Source of the DNA: Candidatus Omnitrophota bacterium
Lineage (GTDB): Bacteria; Omnitrophota; Gorgyraeia; 1-14-0-20-64-10
DNA: 64,000 nt
Direction: 5' to 3'
Assembly: GCA_023248155.1 (NCBI GenBank)
Contig: JAHFFE010000004.1
Location: 68,248 to 132,247, forward strand
Position numbers and translations under genes: made by a program
In this document: positions 36,001-48,000 of the stretch, in pieces
Numbering within the stretch: the stretch's first letter is position 1
Layout: each line of letters begins with the position of its first letter
The notes under the pieces: model-generated
What the model saw: only the letters and a program-made list of their open reading frames with translations
Database searches by the model: none
What the model was told of the DNA's origin: nothing

Positions 36001-39000
36001 TCCGGAAAAGGGCGGCAAAATGATCATCAGCCTGCCTAAGGAATTTACGGGCGATTTCAACAACTCCGCGGACAAAACGCATAACGGCACCTTAGACAGC
36101 AACGAATACATAAATTTGCCCGGAGAAATAACGGATAGGGACAAAGTCGTCATTGATTTGGAATGGACGGGCTATCGCACAGAAACCATGGCGGGTACCA
36201 GCGCCGATGAAGCCGCTACGGGGCAAAATAAAGTGGATTTGGTTGATCGATTTTTTATCAAGCATATCAGCTGGCATTCGGCGGACAATAAGCTATACGA
36301 TTATTACTTTCTTCCGAAAGACGATCCGTTCCGCGGTACCGACCTCCCGGATGGTACGCTTCGCTTTTTTGACCCGCTCGGCGTCGAGCCCGGCAAGCCG
36401 GTCACGTTTAACATTTACATCCCCGATCCCTCTGCTGTGGCCGGTGCGGATAGGGCCAAAGACATCAAGCGTGCGTATTCGGTCTATGTGGACATCAAAA
36501 AAATGGATACGCATCCGGTCACGAGCCAACCCTTGCCTTCGGCTACAAAATTTTACGATGTCCAATTCCGCCACGCTGACGGGCTGGTCCAGCAGATTCA
36601 GAACCTTATCGACAATCCCACGGCTCCCTCGGTGATCGAAAAAGACCGGGTCATGATCTTTGACGAAAATGATCCGACGATCTACCGGCTGGATGAAAAC
36701 AATCCCGCGCATAGCCCGGTGAAAATGGAATTGGCCGAGCGCCGCACCCAGCTTGCGGACGAGATCAGCGGGCTTCTTGAAAAATACCGCGGTCTCTACG
36801 GCGGCAGCGACCTAAACGCCGAGGATACGGCTTTTAGCGACCAGGAAAATGCTGCTTTGGTAGCGATCATCGGAAGCTTGGATTTGACGGCCCCGGTAGT
36901 CGGCGGCAATACGGTGCCCTCACGATTGATGGACGCGCAGACTAGCTATGCTGCCAAGCAGGATGAGTTTCTAAAAGCTGTTGCGATTGAATCTAAAACC
37001 CGTGTCCAGCTTGAAGATCAAGATGCCAAGTTCAAAGCCGCCAAAGATAAATACGAGGACATGCTCAAGCAATACCGTGCCGCGCAGGAAGATGCAGCCA
37101 TGATTGCGGCCCGTCAGTTCGCAGATCCGGTCAAAGAAGCCCTGCGCGCGGATTGGAAGAGCAAAGAAACGACGGCGCTGGATCTGGAAAGGCAGTTACG
37201 CCTGGCTCAATCGAATCCCGATGTGCAGTCCGAGGACGTGCAGGCACTGGAGCAGCAGGCCATTACGGCGCGTACGTCTGCGGATACGGCTCATAGCGCT
37301 TTTAATGACTACGTCAATGTTTACCTGGCCAAGGCCGAAGAGTTTAATAAGCGCGTGACTCTGCGCGCGCAGGAAGATATGGAGACCGCGCGCGATGCCT
37401 ACCGTGACCTGGAAGAGGAATTTTTGAAAGGCCGCCAGGCGCTTGAGACGATGCGAGTCAGCCAATACAGCAATGAAGCCCTGCAAGACAAATACCGCAA
37501 TGGCTTTGAACAGGCCCAGTACATGATTTCCAATCGCGATGAAGAACAGTTTACGCTGAAGTACGGGGCGCGTCAGGCGGAGAGCGCGGCATCTTTCGGC
37601 CGCAATCAAATTGAAACCGCGATTCAGGGCGCTGTCGATCAGATCGACCGCGTGCGCGATGCCGTGCAGGGCATCACCGCTGATTTTGAAAAATTGGCCG
37701 ATGCTTCCGAAAAACAAACCTTGATGCAAACCCGGCTGCAGCCTGCGCTGGATAAGGCTGAACAGACGGCTGACATTTATGAAGCCGCCGCGCAAGTGGA
37801 GTATGACGAGGCGCTCTACTGGATGGGCGCCAATAACAGTTTGCGATCCATTCTGGCGTATTCGGAAACAACGGTTTTTCCGCCTACGGGGGTGGGGACG
37901 GTCATCCGCATTCCAGGCTCCAATCCGCCGGTGAATGTAGCAGTCCGGTACGATGAACAGCTCAAGGTTTTCTGTTTTGAAAATCTTTGCAATGCCGGCG
38001 GCCAGCTCATGCTGGATGGCGGTAGTGTGCAATACGGCGGCAAGTCTTACAAAGTCAATTTGAACGGCAGTAAAGCTAAAGGCGGTTATATTGAACTGAC
38101 CGCGCCTGATCCGGACATGATCCGCGGCGTTTTTGATATCGGCGACAGCAAACGCCAGGATTATTTCAGCCTCCAGAACCGGGAGATTGCATTGACCCGT
38201 GAAAAGATGATGCTCGAGGAAGAGGCCGCCATCCGCGATGCGGAAATCGCCGGGAATCTTGCCAAAGTGCAGGCACTGCTTGCGGCTTATAACACGGCCA
38301 ATGCCAATAGTGATCTCTCGCAGGCCGACAAAGACCGGGCCTATCAGCTCTGGAAATCAGCCCGGGAGCAGCTCAATGAACTCTACATCCAGCGCTTCGG
38401 CGTCTTTGATCAGTCGCCTGCGCCGCCAACGGCAGCCTATCAAGATCCTCGAACATTAACAGCCGTTCTGTGCTCTGACGCCGAGTGGATTGGCCGCTGC
38501 AACAGTCTTGCGCAGAGTATTTACCGCCGTTTGGACGACGTCACCACGCAGCTTACAAGCGTCGCAACCCTCAAGACCCAGGCGACGAACAATTACAATA
38601 CGGCGCTGACCCAATTGGGCGGGTTGAGCGATGCTCCGACAGTGCTCAGTACGCGCGATCAACTATTCGATGTTTTGGTTAATCTTCCGGATAGTCTCGC
38701 GCGGCGGCAAGCTGAGTCCATGGCCGCGAGTTTTGCCTATGGCATGGACAGTGCCGGTTGGGACGATAGCATTGTCGCGCTATGTCCGGCGGGCTCTACG
38801 GATGATGAAATTGACATCGATTGCGTGCGCCGGGATTCCAAAGGCAAGATTATGACGGATATCCATGGAAATGTGATGTACATTCCGTTTGAAAAGAATG
38901 CTGTCGGGTATGTGGAGGGTGCCCGCAAAACTGCCTGGTACAATTTTTACAAAGAAGAAGCGGCCATGCGCGATTTTGAACTGCGCAAGTCGTTTGTCGA

Positions 39001-42000
39001 AGAAGCCCTGAAAGGCGTCAATGCGCAGCTTGAAGAAATCATCAAAGCCAAGTTGACGGTGGAACAGGAGATTCAGGATGTTCTGAAGGGTTCGAATCAA
39101 AAGACTTCGACCACTCCGGCCCAGGCGATTAATTTCTATTTTAATCCAGCAGATCCGCTTGCCTTTGTGGGCCCGGTGCAGCCTTGGGAAGTGGTCTCGC
39201 CCTATTTCTATGAGAGTGCCAATGCCAAGACGTACTATGAAGCCGAACTTGATCCGCGGGTCCAAAAATTAATGCGGTTGATCAAACCGGACACCGGAGT
39301 GGCGCTGGGAACTCCATCGCTTGACGCCGCAGGCGTTATTTTTCAAGCGCTTACGGATTTGCGTCAAAGACAGCAAAATTTACAGAACGAACTTAAAACA
39401 CTTTATAACGGCTGGAATTATCAGGTGCCGGTTTTGGCCAACCGGGACCCCGGCGCGTCGACCGGAGTTGAACTTTACCGGGAATGGAATATGGCCGCGC
39501 CGAATGGCTCTGCCGGATGGTCCACGGCCTGGGATGCGGCGGCGACCTGGACGGAGTGGGAGCACCGCAATCAGGCTGAAGACACGGCGCGCATTGCAGC
39601 GTTAGAGTCGCAATATGTGGGGAGTCATCCGGATGTGATAGCGGCCCGAAACAGCGCCGGTGGGACTGAAGGTTTTGCCGCCATTGCTAAACAAAACGAA
39701 CGCAAATCCATGGTCCGATCCGAAATCGAAGAGACCCTCTTGGCCGGCGTTGAGACCGACCAGCGGCGTCTGGAAGCCGCGCTGGATAAACTTACGGTGG
39801 TGCGCGACACCATGACCGACGAAATGAAAGTGCTGAACCTTGAATTGATTCAGCAGAGAGAAAAACTCAAAGAGAAAACTAATCTGTATAACCCGGCCTA
39901 TGGGGTCGGAACGGCACCGGCCGGCGTTCTGCAAAACAACTGGGAAACCACGGCTAAGAATCTTGGGTTTGATTTTGAAAAAGATCAAAGCGATTACGTG
40001 GCGGCGCGGCTGGCGCTGATGACGGCGTTCTGCGGCGGGGTGAACTGTCCGGATACGCTCAGCGCGTTTACGGGCGCCCCTAAACTTTCGGTTCTTAAAA
40101 GTGTTTTGGACGGCTTGGCCTCGACAAACCGGCCGCTCTGGAACCAGCTCAAGGGTAATTTTGAAGCGTTGAAAAACTATTTTATGAGCGTGATTATGAT
40201 TACGTCGCCGGCTGTCAGCGCAACGGTCAGCAGCGCCGACCTGGCTCTGAATGGGCTCACTTACGATTGGACGGCGATCCTGCCGGCGCGCGGCAAACTG
40301 GAACTTGCCAATTTTGCCGTGCTCTATCTGCGCAGCTATCTGGATACGGCTCCCGACCGTACCACGAATGAATATGCCCAAGCGCAGCTTGAAATCACCA
40401 GCTTGCTTTCCGCGCGCGCTGCCGCTGCAGCAGAAGTGGACCGGCTAACGGATGATTTGGCGGCTTTGCGCTCTCAGATGTCAGAAACGGACTCTCAGAT
40501 TTCGGGAATCAATCTCAAAATCAGCGAATTGGAAGAAACCTACAAACGCATCGGCGGTAAGCCGTCGCCGGTGGGCGGTGTCATACCGGCCGCCGACATG
40601 CATTTCTATAAACGAGCCTTTGTGGAAGCCTTGATCAAGGAAAACAGAGTCCGTATCGACGCAGTCAAGACGGCCTATGTCATGCCCCAGCAGGCGGCTT
40701 TGACTGCGGCCCAGACCGCGCATGCCGCGGATCAGGATACGCGCGATGAGTGGGTTGCTGAATCGGATGTTTTATCCGCCTTCCTGATAGCGGACAGCGA
40801 CAAACAGAAATTACTGCTGGATGCAGGCCAAATGCGCAAATTCAATACGCGCCTGGGACGTGATGCGGCTAAAGGCGAGAGCCATTTAATTAAAACCGAA
40901 CAAGAAGTCCAGAAGCTGATCAGCCAGGCCGGCCTGGCCCGCAACCTTTATGCGGCTGCAGGCGAGGGCCTGCAGCAGGCATTCGCGTTCCGCAATATCG
41001 GCGGCATCAATCCCGAAGCTTTGCGCAAATTCTTCAACCGCTTGTCGACGCCGCAGATGAACATCGAATACTTGTTTGACCGTTCCAAAGCCATGGCCGC
41101 GGCCGCCAATAAACTACTCGAACTTGCGCTCAACAAGCAGGTGGTCAAAGATTCATTGGCGATGCGCATGTTCGCAGATTTGATCCGTTATGCTGCGCGC
41201 GAAACCGCCGGTGCTGGCATTTTCCTCGATCAGATGATCGCTTCCGAAGGCTCGATTAGTCTGTCTTTTGCCTTGCTGGATGCGATTGCCCAGCGCTTTG
41301 ATCCTAATTTTCTGCACATCCTTGATATTCAAGAAAAATATTTCCAGGCCTTGGAAGAAGAAAAACAGCGCCGGCGCCTTGAAAAAGAAGCTGAGGTGCG
41401 TTTGCGCAATCAGCTTAAAGACCTGGCTAAAAAACCGGCCGAAATTAAATTCCAAATGGAAAAATTCGGCCTGCAGTACGACCGCGCCGAAATTAAAGTC
41501 AATGAATATACCGCCCTGCTGACCGCCATTGCGGCTAAACGCGGCCAGCTTGAGACCGATCTGACGGCGGCGCTGGCGCTGGAAGTCACGACGCGTGCGA
41601 TTTTGCAAACGGCTAGCATCGATTACGATACGGCTCTGGGCGACTATCAGACCGCCCGGGCGGTTTACGAAACCACGGCCAATGACATCAACCGCAATGC
41701 CCTGCAGGCCAAGTGGATCAATCTGGTGTCCAAAGGCTCTGCGCTTGAAAATATCCGGCTGACCATGAGCGATTTACAGGCCAAAATTCAGCGTTTGCGG
41801 GATGAACTTTTTATCTATATCCGCGACAGCGGTGAATCTGAATTGCAAGCGAAGCTGACGCAGGCGCTCGATGAAAAGAACCGCGCGCAGGAGCTCTACG
41901 ACAAGTCACTGATCGATTGGACGGCTGCGGATGAGCAGGCGGCGGTTTATGATACGTTCGCAAACCGCGTCTCAGCCGCCGCAGCCGGCGTGGATGACCT

Positions 42001-45000
42001 TCTGCGCGCCAATCCTAAAGCTGAATTGGAGCAGGTGGGCGTGACGCCTGAGACCATCACGGTGGGCGGCGTAACGCAGATTATTTACAAGCCTGTCTAT
42101 GCCAAAACACGGCGTGCTGTTCTGCGCGACGAGCTTTTACAAGCGCAAAAAGAAACGCTGGCGGCAACGCAGGAGCGTACCGGTCTTGAAAAACGCTATA
42201 ACGCCTTGCAGCAAAGTTTCAATGTTGTTGTCCAGCCCATGGGTGCCGTCGCGCATGTCCAGGATTTGGCCCAAAGCTATGTCAATTACACCGAAGGGTT
42301 GGAAGCGCTCAGCCGGCTCAAACAGGAGTCTGAACGGACTATGGCTCTTTCAAAGAGCCTGGCGTCTCTGTCCCAGAGCGCCTCGCCGGCCATCAAGAAT
42401 GAAATGGATAAAATCCAGACCGGTTTCAAAACGCGGCTTGAGGCGATTTCCGGGGAAATAAAGGTTTACTTGAATCCTTACACCAGTGCGTGCACGAGCC
42501 CAAATAACTGCGAACCCGGTCTGCTTCAGGTCGTTCTGGCGCGCATCCTCCGCACCGTGGAAGGAGAGCCCGTACACAGCGCTGCGACTCCCTATGACTT
42601 CACCAGTGTGACCACAGCGGGAGTCATTACGCCCATGATGCAGATTAAAACTGCCAATGAGAACGCCATCAGCCGGGTCAAACTCTCGACACAGTACGAC
42701 CGTTTGGCCAAGGAACCGCTTGAAGATAACAAGAAGATTATTGGAGATTCCACGAAGGTGCTGCAAGCCCTGGCCAAACGGGCGCGTGAGGAATTCCACT
42801 ATGCGGCGACGCAAACCCTGGTGACCAAGACTGAAAATGCGGCTGCCGCGATCACGCTCTACAACATTTCACCAGCCCAGCTTGAGACGGGTTTTGACGT
42901 GCGCCTCGATGCGGAAGCGCTGACCGAAGGCGATTTTGAAAATATGCAGGCCCAGCTTGCCCTGCTTAAATCCGATACGCCGTTTATGCAGGTGACGGCG
43001 ATTCTTGCGGACATCCAGCATATTTTGCCGGCCGCGGTGCGCATGGCCTCTTTGGCGCGCGACCGCCGTGCGGCGGAACTTGATCAATTGACCAATACGG
43101 CGATTCCGGGTGCCGCTGATGAACGCGTCAAGGAATTGCTGCGTGTCAAAGCCAAGTTTGTGACTGAGCGCCTGACCCGCCTGAATGACCTGGTGGATTT
43201 TTACCGCGGCTTTAACTCTCTAAGCCAAACGCTCTATAACGCTTACAACGAAATGGATAAATTGCGGAAACTAACCGGAGCGATTAACGAACTGCGCAAT
43301 CAGTTGACTTCAGCCTCGCTGGCCAATGATGCGGATCTGGCCTTGGCGTCGCGGGTCAGCCAGATGCAGACGGCGGCTCAAACGCCATTCCAGAATTTGA
43401 GCCGTGTTTTGGCGAATTATCAAGGCTGGTTGACAGGTGATATCCAGTTTGATGCGTCTCTTTTCGCCAGCCTGCGTCTTTCCGCCAATGCATTGATGTC
43501 GCGCATGATCGACAATATGAATTTTTCCAACTACCTGCTGCAGCAAACCACGCAGTTCGGCGCACGGCAATTCGGCAGTCTTTCGATGACGGAAACTTAT
43601 CAATTGACCGGCACGCGCGAAACCGGCTGGGCCAATGAACTTTTGAGCCAGACCGGATTTTTTAATACAACCTCCGGCCCGCAGATTTCCAGAATCGTAC
43701 GCTATCACGACGGCAAGGCCCAAGACGCTTCGTTCTATTGGTATCATCCCGAAGCCAAGACCCAGCACCATGTGGATTCTCTGGATGGCACCAGCCTCAA
43801 TATCACTGGCCGCATTTACTATCAAGACCCGGCCGTGCCGCCTGATCCGCGCAAGCCGATTGGTCAAGACGTGCGCATTGACCGCTATCTCAATCCGGTG
43901 ACGCCCGCGCCGTACAATTGGTCTGGAGTGACGCCGGCGGATGCGCGCAATTTCGCGCAGCTGCAATACTCATATTACGACAAAGACCGCCAGGCGCGCA
44001 CACAAGGCCAATCGCTGACCTATGAAGAAGTCAGCACACCTACAGGGATTACGGGGTTGACGCGCCTGACCGATACGCGTTATTCAGGCCAGCAAAATTT
44101 TGAGCGCGTGCAGATGAACCGCCGCTACCGCCTGCTGGATGCTACGCTTGATCTTTCGGCCTCGACGCCCATCGGCATTCCGGGTCTGGATTCGGCCCCG
44201 GCCGCAGCCATGGAAAATGCATTTCTGGAGATTGAACAACGCTATTACTATCAAGCCTTGGCATCGGACAATGATCTGCAGGTGAGCGGCCGCAAAGACC
44301 CGTTTGCCGCATTCCTGAATCCGGCCAATGCCGGCGCGCTCTATCCAGATTATGACGCGGATGAACTGGGCGGGGATTCGCGCGATCTGGACGTTTTGGG
44401 CGAAGTCCAATATTTTGAAGATGGGACCGTACAGAAGTCAATTACCCTTCAGCGCGGCCAAGACCAGATCGAAACGCCCTTTGCGCGTGTCACGCTGCGG
44501 CGCCATAATCCAGCCTGCGGCCTGGCGACGTGCCCTGAAGAAATGCGCGTTGATTCCGTCACGCTCTTTGCCACGGATGAAACCGGGGCCGTACGCGAGC
44601 AGGTGCTGATCCGGCCGCTCGATCCATCGGCTCTGCCGCTTTACGATTCTGTCGTCAATCTCATCACGACTGAAAAAGGCGATTTGAGCGGCATTCTTAC
44701 CAATGGTGCTTTTACATTGGCATCGCGGACCCTGTTTGACGGAGCGCGCCAATCCGAGCGTGTGACGCAGGTCTGGCAGTTTGAGCCGCGCGAGACCCAA
44801 CAGATCCAGAACCTGGCCGATCTGGTTCAAGCCGGCACAAGTCCGTTTAATTCATCGCTGGTCGGGCTGGATATTCTGCGGAATTTCTCTCTGGCCTCGC
44901 TGACCAGCTATTTTTATCACCCGGATAACAGCCTGGATTACACGGTGGGTACGCGTTTTCTGCGTCAGAACACCGGACCGGCTGAGACGATACGCACCGA

Positions 45001-48000
45001 ATATGCCAAGGTCCGCGGCCAGAGCAAGATCGCCCGGACGATTGAAAATGATGGTGTTGAACACCGCTTTACCGAAGCCCTGTATTCCGAAACCGCCAAT
45101 TTCACCTGGGGCCAGGATTTCGTTTTCACGGTGCGCGGTAAAAACAATAAAGATACCGCCTTTAAATGCCATATCAATGCCGCTGGCGGCTGTGACGTTT
45201 CCGATCCTGTGACGGGCGCCATGATCGGCGTGATCAGTGACGGAGGCTTCTTTATCGCCTATACCGAAGACCGGGACGGCGACGGCCTGCTGGATGGCAG
45301 CGAAGATGCCAACGGCAACAACGTGCTGGATCCCGGCGAAGATACGCTGCCGTTCAACGGCGTCCTTGATCCGTCGGAAGATACCAACGGCAATGCGGCC
45401 CTCGATCAAAAGCGCTATCGCGTGCGCATCATTCATAACGGCAATCACGGAACACTGGTGCTGGAGGGGGATGAGGTCATCTCCGTGGCCCAGGCCGGCA
45501 GCCGCCTTGAAAGCCTGCAGGAAGAGCAGAGTTTCTACTTCACCTGGGGCCAGGACTTCGAGTTCAGTTATCTGTGGGAAAACGGAGTGCAGTCGCGTTT
45601 TAAATGCCATATCAACGTGGCCGGCGGCTGCGATGTGACCGATTTGCGCACCGGCGAATTCATGGGTAGTGTTGTCAATCTCGGCACTTTTACCTACGAC
45701 GAAGACCGGCCGGCGCTTTTATTCCCGAACGGTAACGACCTGCTCGACCCAAGTGAAGATATCAACAACAACGGCATCCTGGATCTTGGAGAAGACATCT
45801 TCGCGCCCATTGGCGTGCTGAACCTGGCGGAAGATATCAACCAAAACGGCCGCATCGATGTGCGCAACTATACGCTCGATTTGCGCCAAGACGGCACGCG
45901 TGGCACGCTGATTTTACGCCGCAATGAAATCGTGCCGCGCATTTTTGAATCGGAGAACGTGACCAATCAACTTCTACGCACGCGCAATAATACCAATTTC
46001 ACGGCCACTTCCGAAGGCACGACCAGCTATACCGACTCTGAAGGCCGGCGTCTCAAGGCCGTCGATGCTTTTGGCAATGTAACGCGTTACTTCTACCGCC
46101 GCGACCCGCTCAGCGGTGCGGTCTTGACCGACGTGCGCACGGGCCAGCCGCTCGAAACCTATGTCCTGGACGCCAATAACAATATTACTATTTTAGGTGC
46201 GGAAGGGGAGCGTCTGGCCTTCATCGATTTCTCGGCCCACATGGAAAAAGGCAGCCCGGTGCTCAAGACCGGCATTTACCAGGACATCCGGGTTTGGAAC
46301 GAAACGACCATGACGCTGGATGTGGTCACGATCGATCAGAACATGCAGGGCCGGACCGATCTGCGTTATCTGGCGCGGCCCGATATTCTGACGAACCCAG
46401 CACTATGGTGGTTTAGTGATCCCGACCTGGACAGCACACTCCTCACTGCCGCGGAGCGGGCCGAAACCATCAGCCCAGCCATACACTGGTTCGATTATGA
46501 CCGCGATCCGGCCACGGGCCGCATCCGGCGCGGGGTGAACGGCGAACCCATGAAGATGATCGAACTTTTCTCCGAACGCCAAATGCCGCAGTACAAGACC
46601 GAGTACGGAGCCACGCATCGCGATGTGACTCAGCGTATGTACTATGAAGATGGCCGGTTAGTAGGCAACGACACCAAGATCCGTGACCCACAGGCGGAAT
46701 TGGATACCACTCTGCAGAACACCTATCAAAAATACACGCATGTGCGGATGCGTATTGACGGCGTCTTTGAAATCGTGCGCAACAGCGAGCAGCAGGAGCA
46801 GGAGGACATGCTGGCCTGCGCGTCGTCACCGGCAGGGCCGTGTGATGTCACGTTCCGGCGCAATCATGCAATCCGGCTGGCTTTTGACTCAGACACGGGT
46901 GCCTTATCTGGCCAGGGACTCAACAACAAGGCCAACCAGCAGTCGCTGGATCTAGGCAGTTTTGATTTTGAATCTACGTATCTCGATCCGGACACACTCT
47001 ATGTGAAACGCATGCGCCGCAGTAACATGGCCGCAAGCTTCCAGCCCGAAGTTTCCATGCTCTATAAACGCAATTGGCACGATGATGCGAACCATAATGG
47101 CCGGCAGGATCCCGGCGAAGGCGGCTCTTCAGGCTGGCGCGGGGCCGTTTGGGAACTCAAACAAATTATCAATCCAAAAACGGGACCGGTTATGGTGAAC
47201 ATGCCTAACTCTGCTTATTCGTCCGGCGGCCAGGCGTATAACCGGCTTGTCCAACAAGGACCCACGGCATACAACCTCATAGGGGCTGCGCCGATAACTC
47301 TTGCTCCTCTTGCGGATGGTACGCCGGTTTATGCCCCGCCGACAGGGTGGGATATTGCCCCGTGGGGAGTGAACGCCTTAGAAGCAAACCGCACACTTCC
47401 GTTCTATCAGTATGTGCGAGCGCCGGTTTCTCTCTATGAAAAATACTACACTGAACAGACCAGCCGCATTTCCAGCATGCTGGCAGGAGGCTCCAACCTG
47501 CAAATGCTTTATCGCGGCAGCCTCGATTTGTATGCGGGGCTTGGTGCGGCCGGCGAAGATCAGCCCAATACGAATGCGGCCATCGCTGCTGGGAAGTTCC
47601 AATCTGGATTCGATTGGGACACGACCGGTTCCAATAGGCACGCGGGAACGGAGCGTAACCGCCTGACCGGTGAAATCTTCCAGCGCCTGATCGGCGTCAA
47701 TCCGGCGGCAAAAGACTATCAGCCGACTCTAAACCTGTACTTTACGGGTGAACAGACTATCGGCGCGCTCAATTTTGACATACCGTCTTACGAATATATC
47801 TGGAACCCGGTGACACTGCAGGTGGACCGCCTGCCACTCTCAATCAACGCCAATCTGAAAGTGATCGAAAAAGCCGACGTGGCTAGAGTCGACGGCGGTT
47901 TGTCCGACCGCGCTTTTGATACGCTCGACCAAAAAGACAATGCGCCGCCGCTGGAAGTCACCACCGAAATTATTAACCGCGAAGTCAACCTTCTGACCGA

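Larger units (their letters stand above)
43560..48000 (+). other. Beta-rich multi-domain region carrying the duplicated TSP3-like module and the YD-like repeats
   Basis: Composition rich in Y, W, N, T, G, D and P. Examples: SFYWYHPEAKTQHHVDSLDGTSLNITGRIYYQDPAVPPDPRKPIG and RVDSVTLFATDETGAVREQVLIRPLD. Confidence 0.4.

Noticed and set aside
36153-36635. Short + strand ORFs in frames 1 and 3 (e.g. 36153-36635, 1242-1472, 14469-14732)
   Set aside because: Out-of-frame overlaps of the giant ORF. Their peptides are Arg/Pro/Ser-rich with no motifs. No RBS or promoter context supports independent genes.
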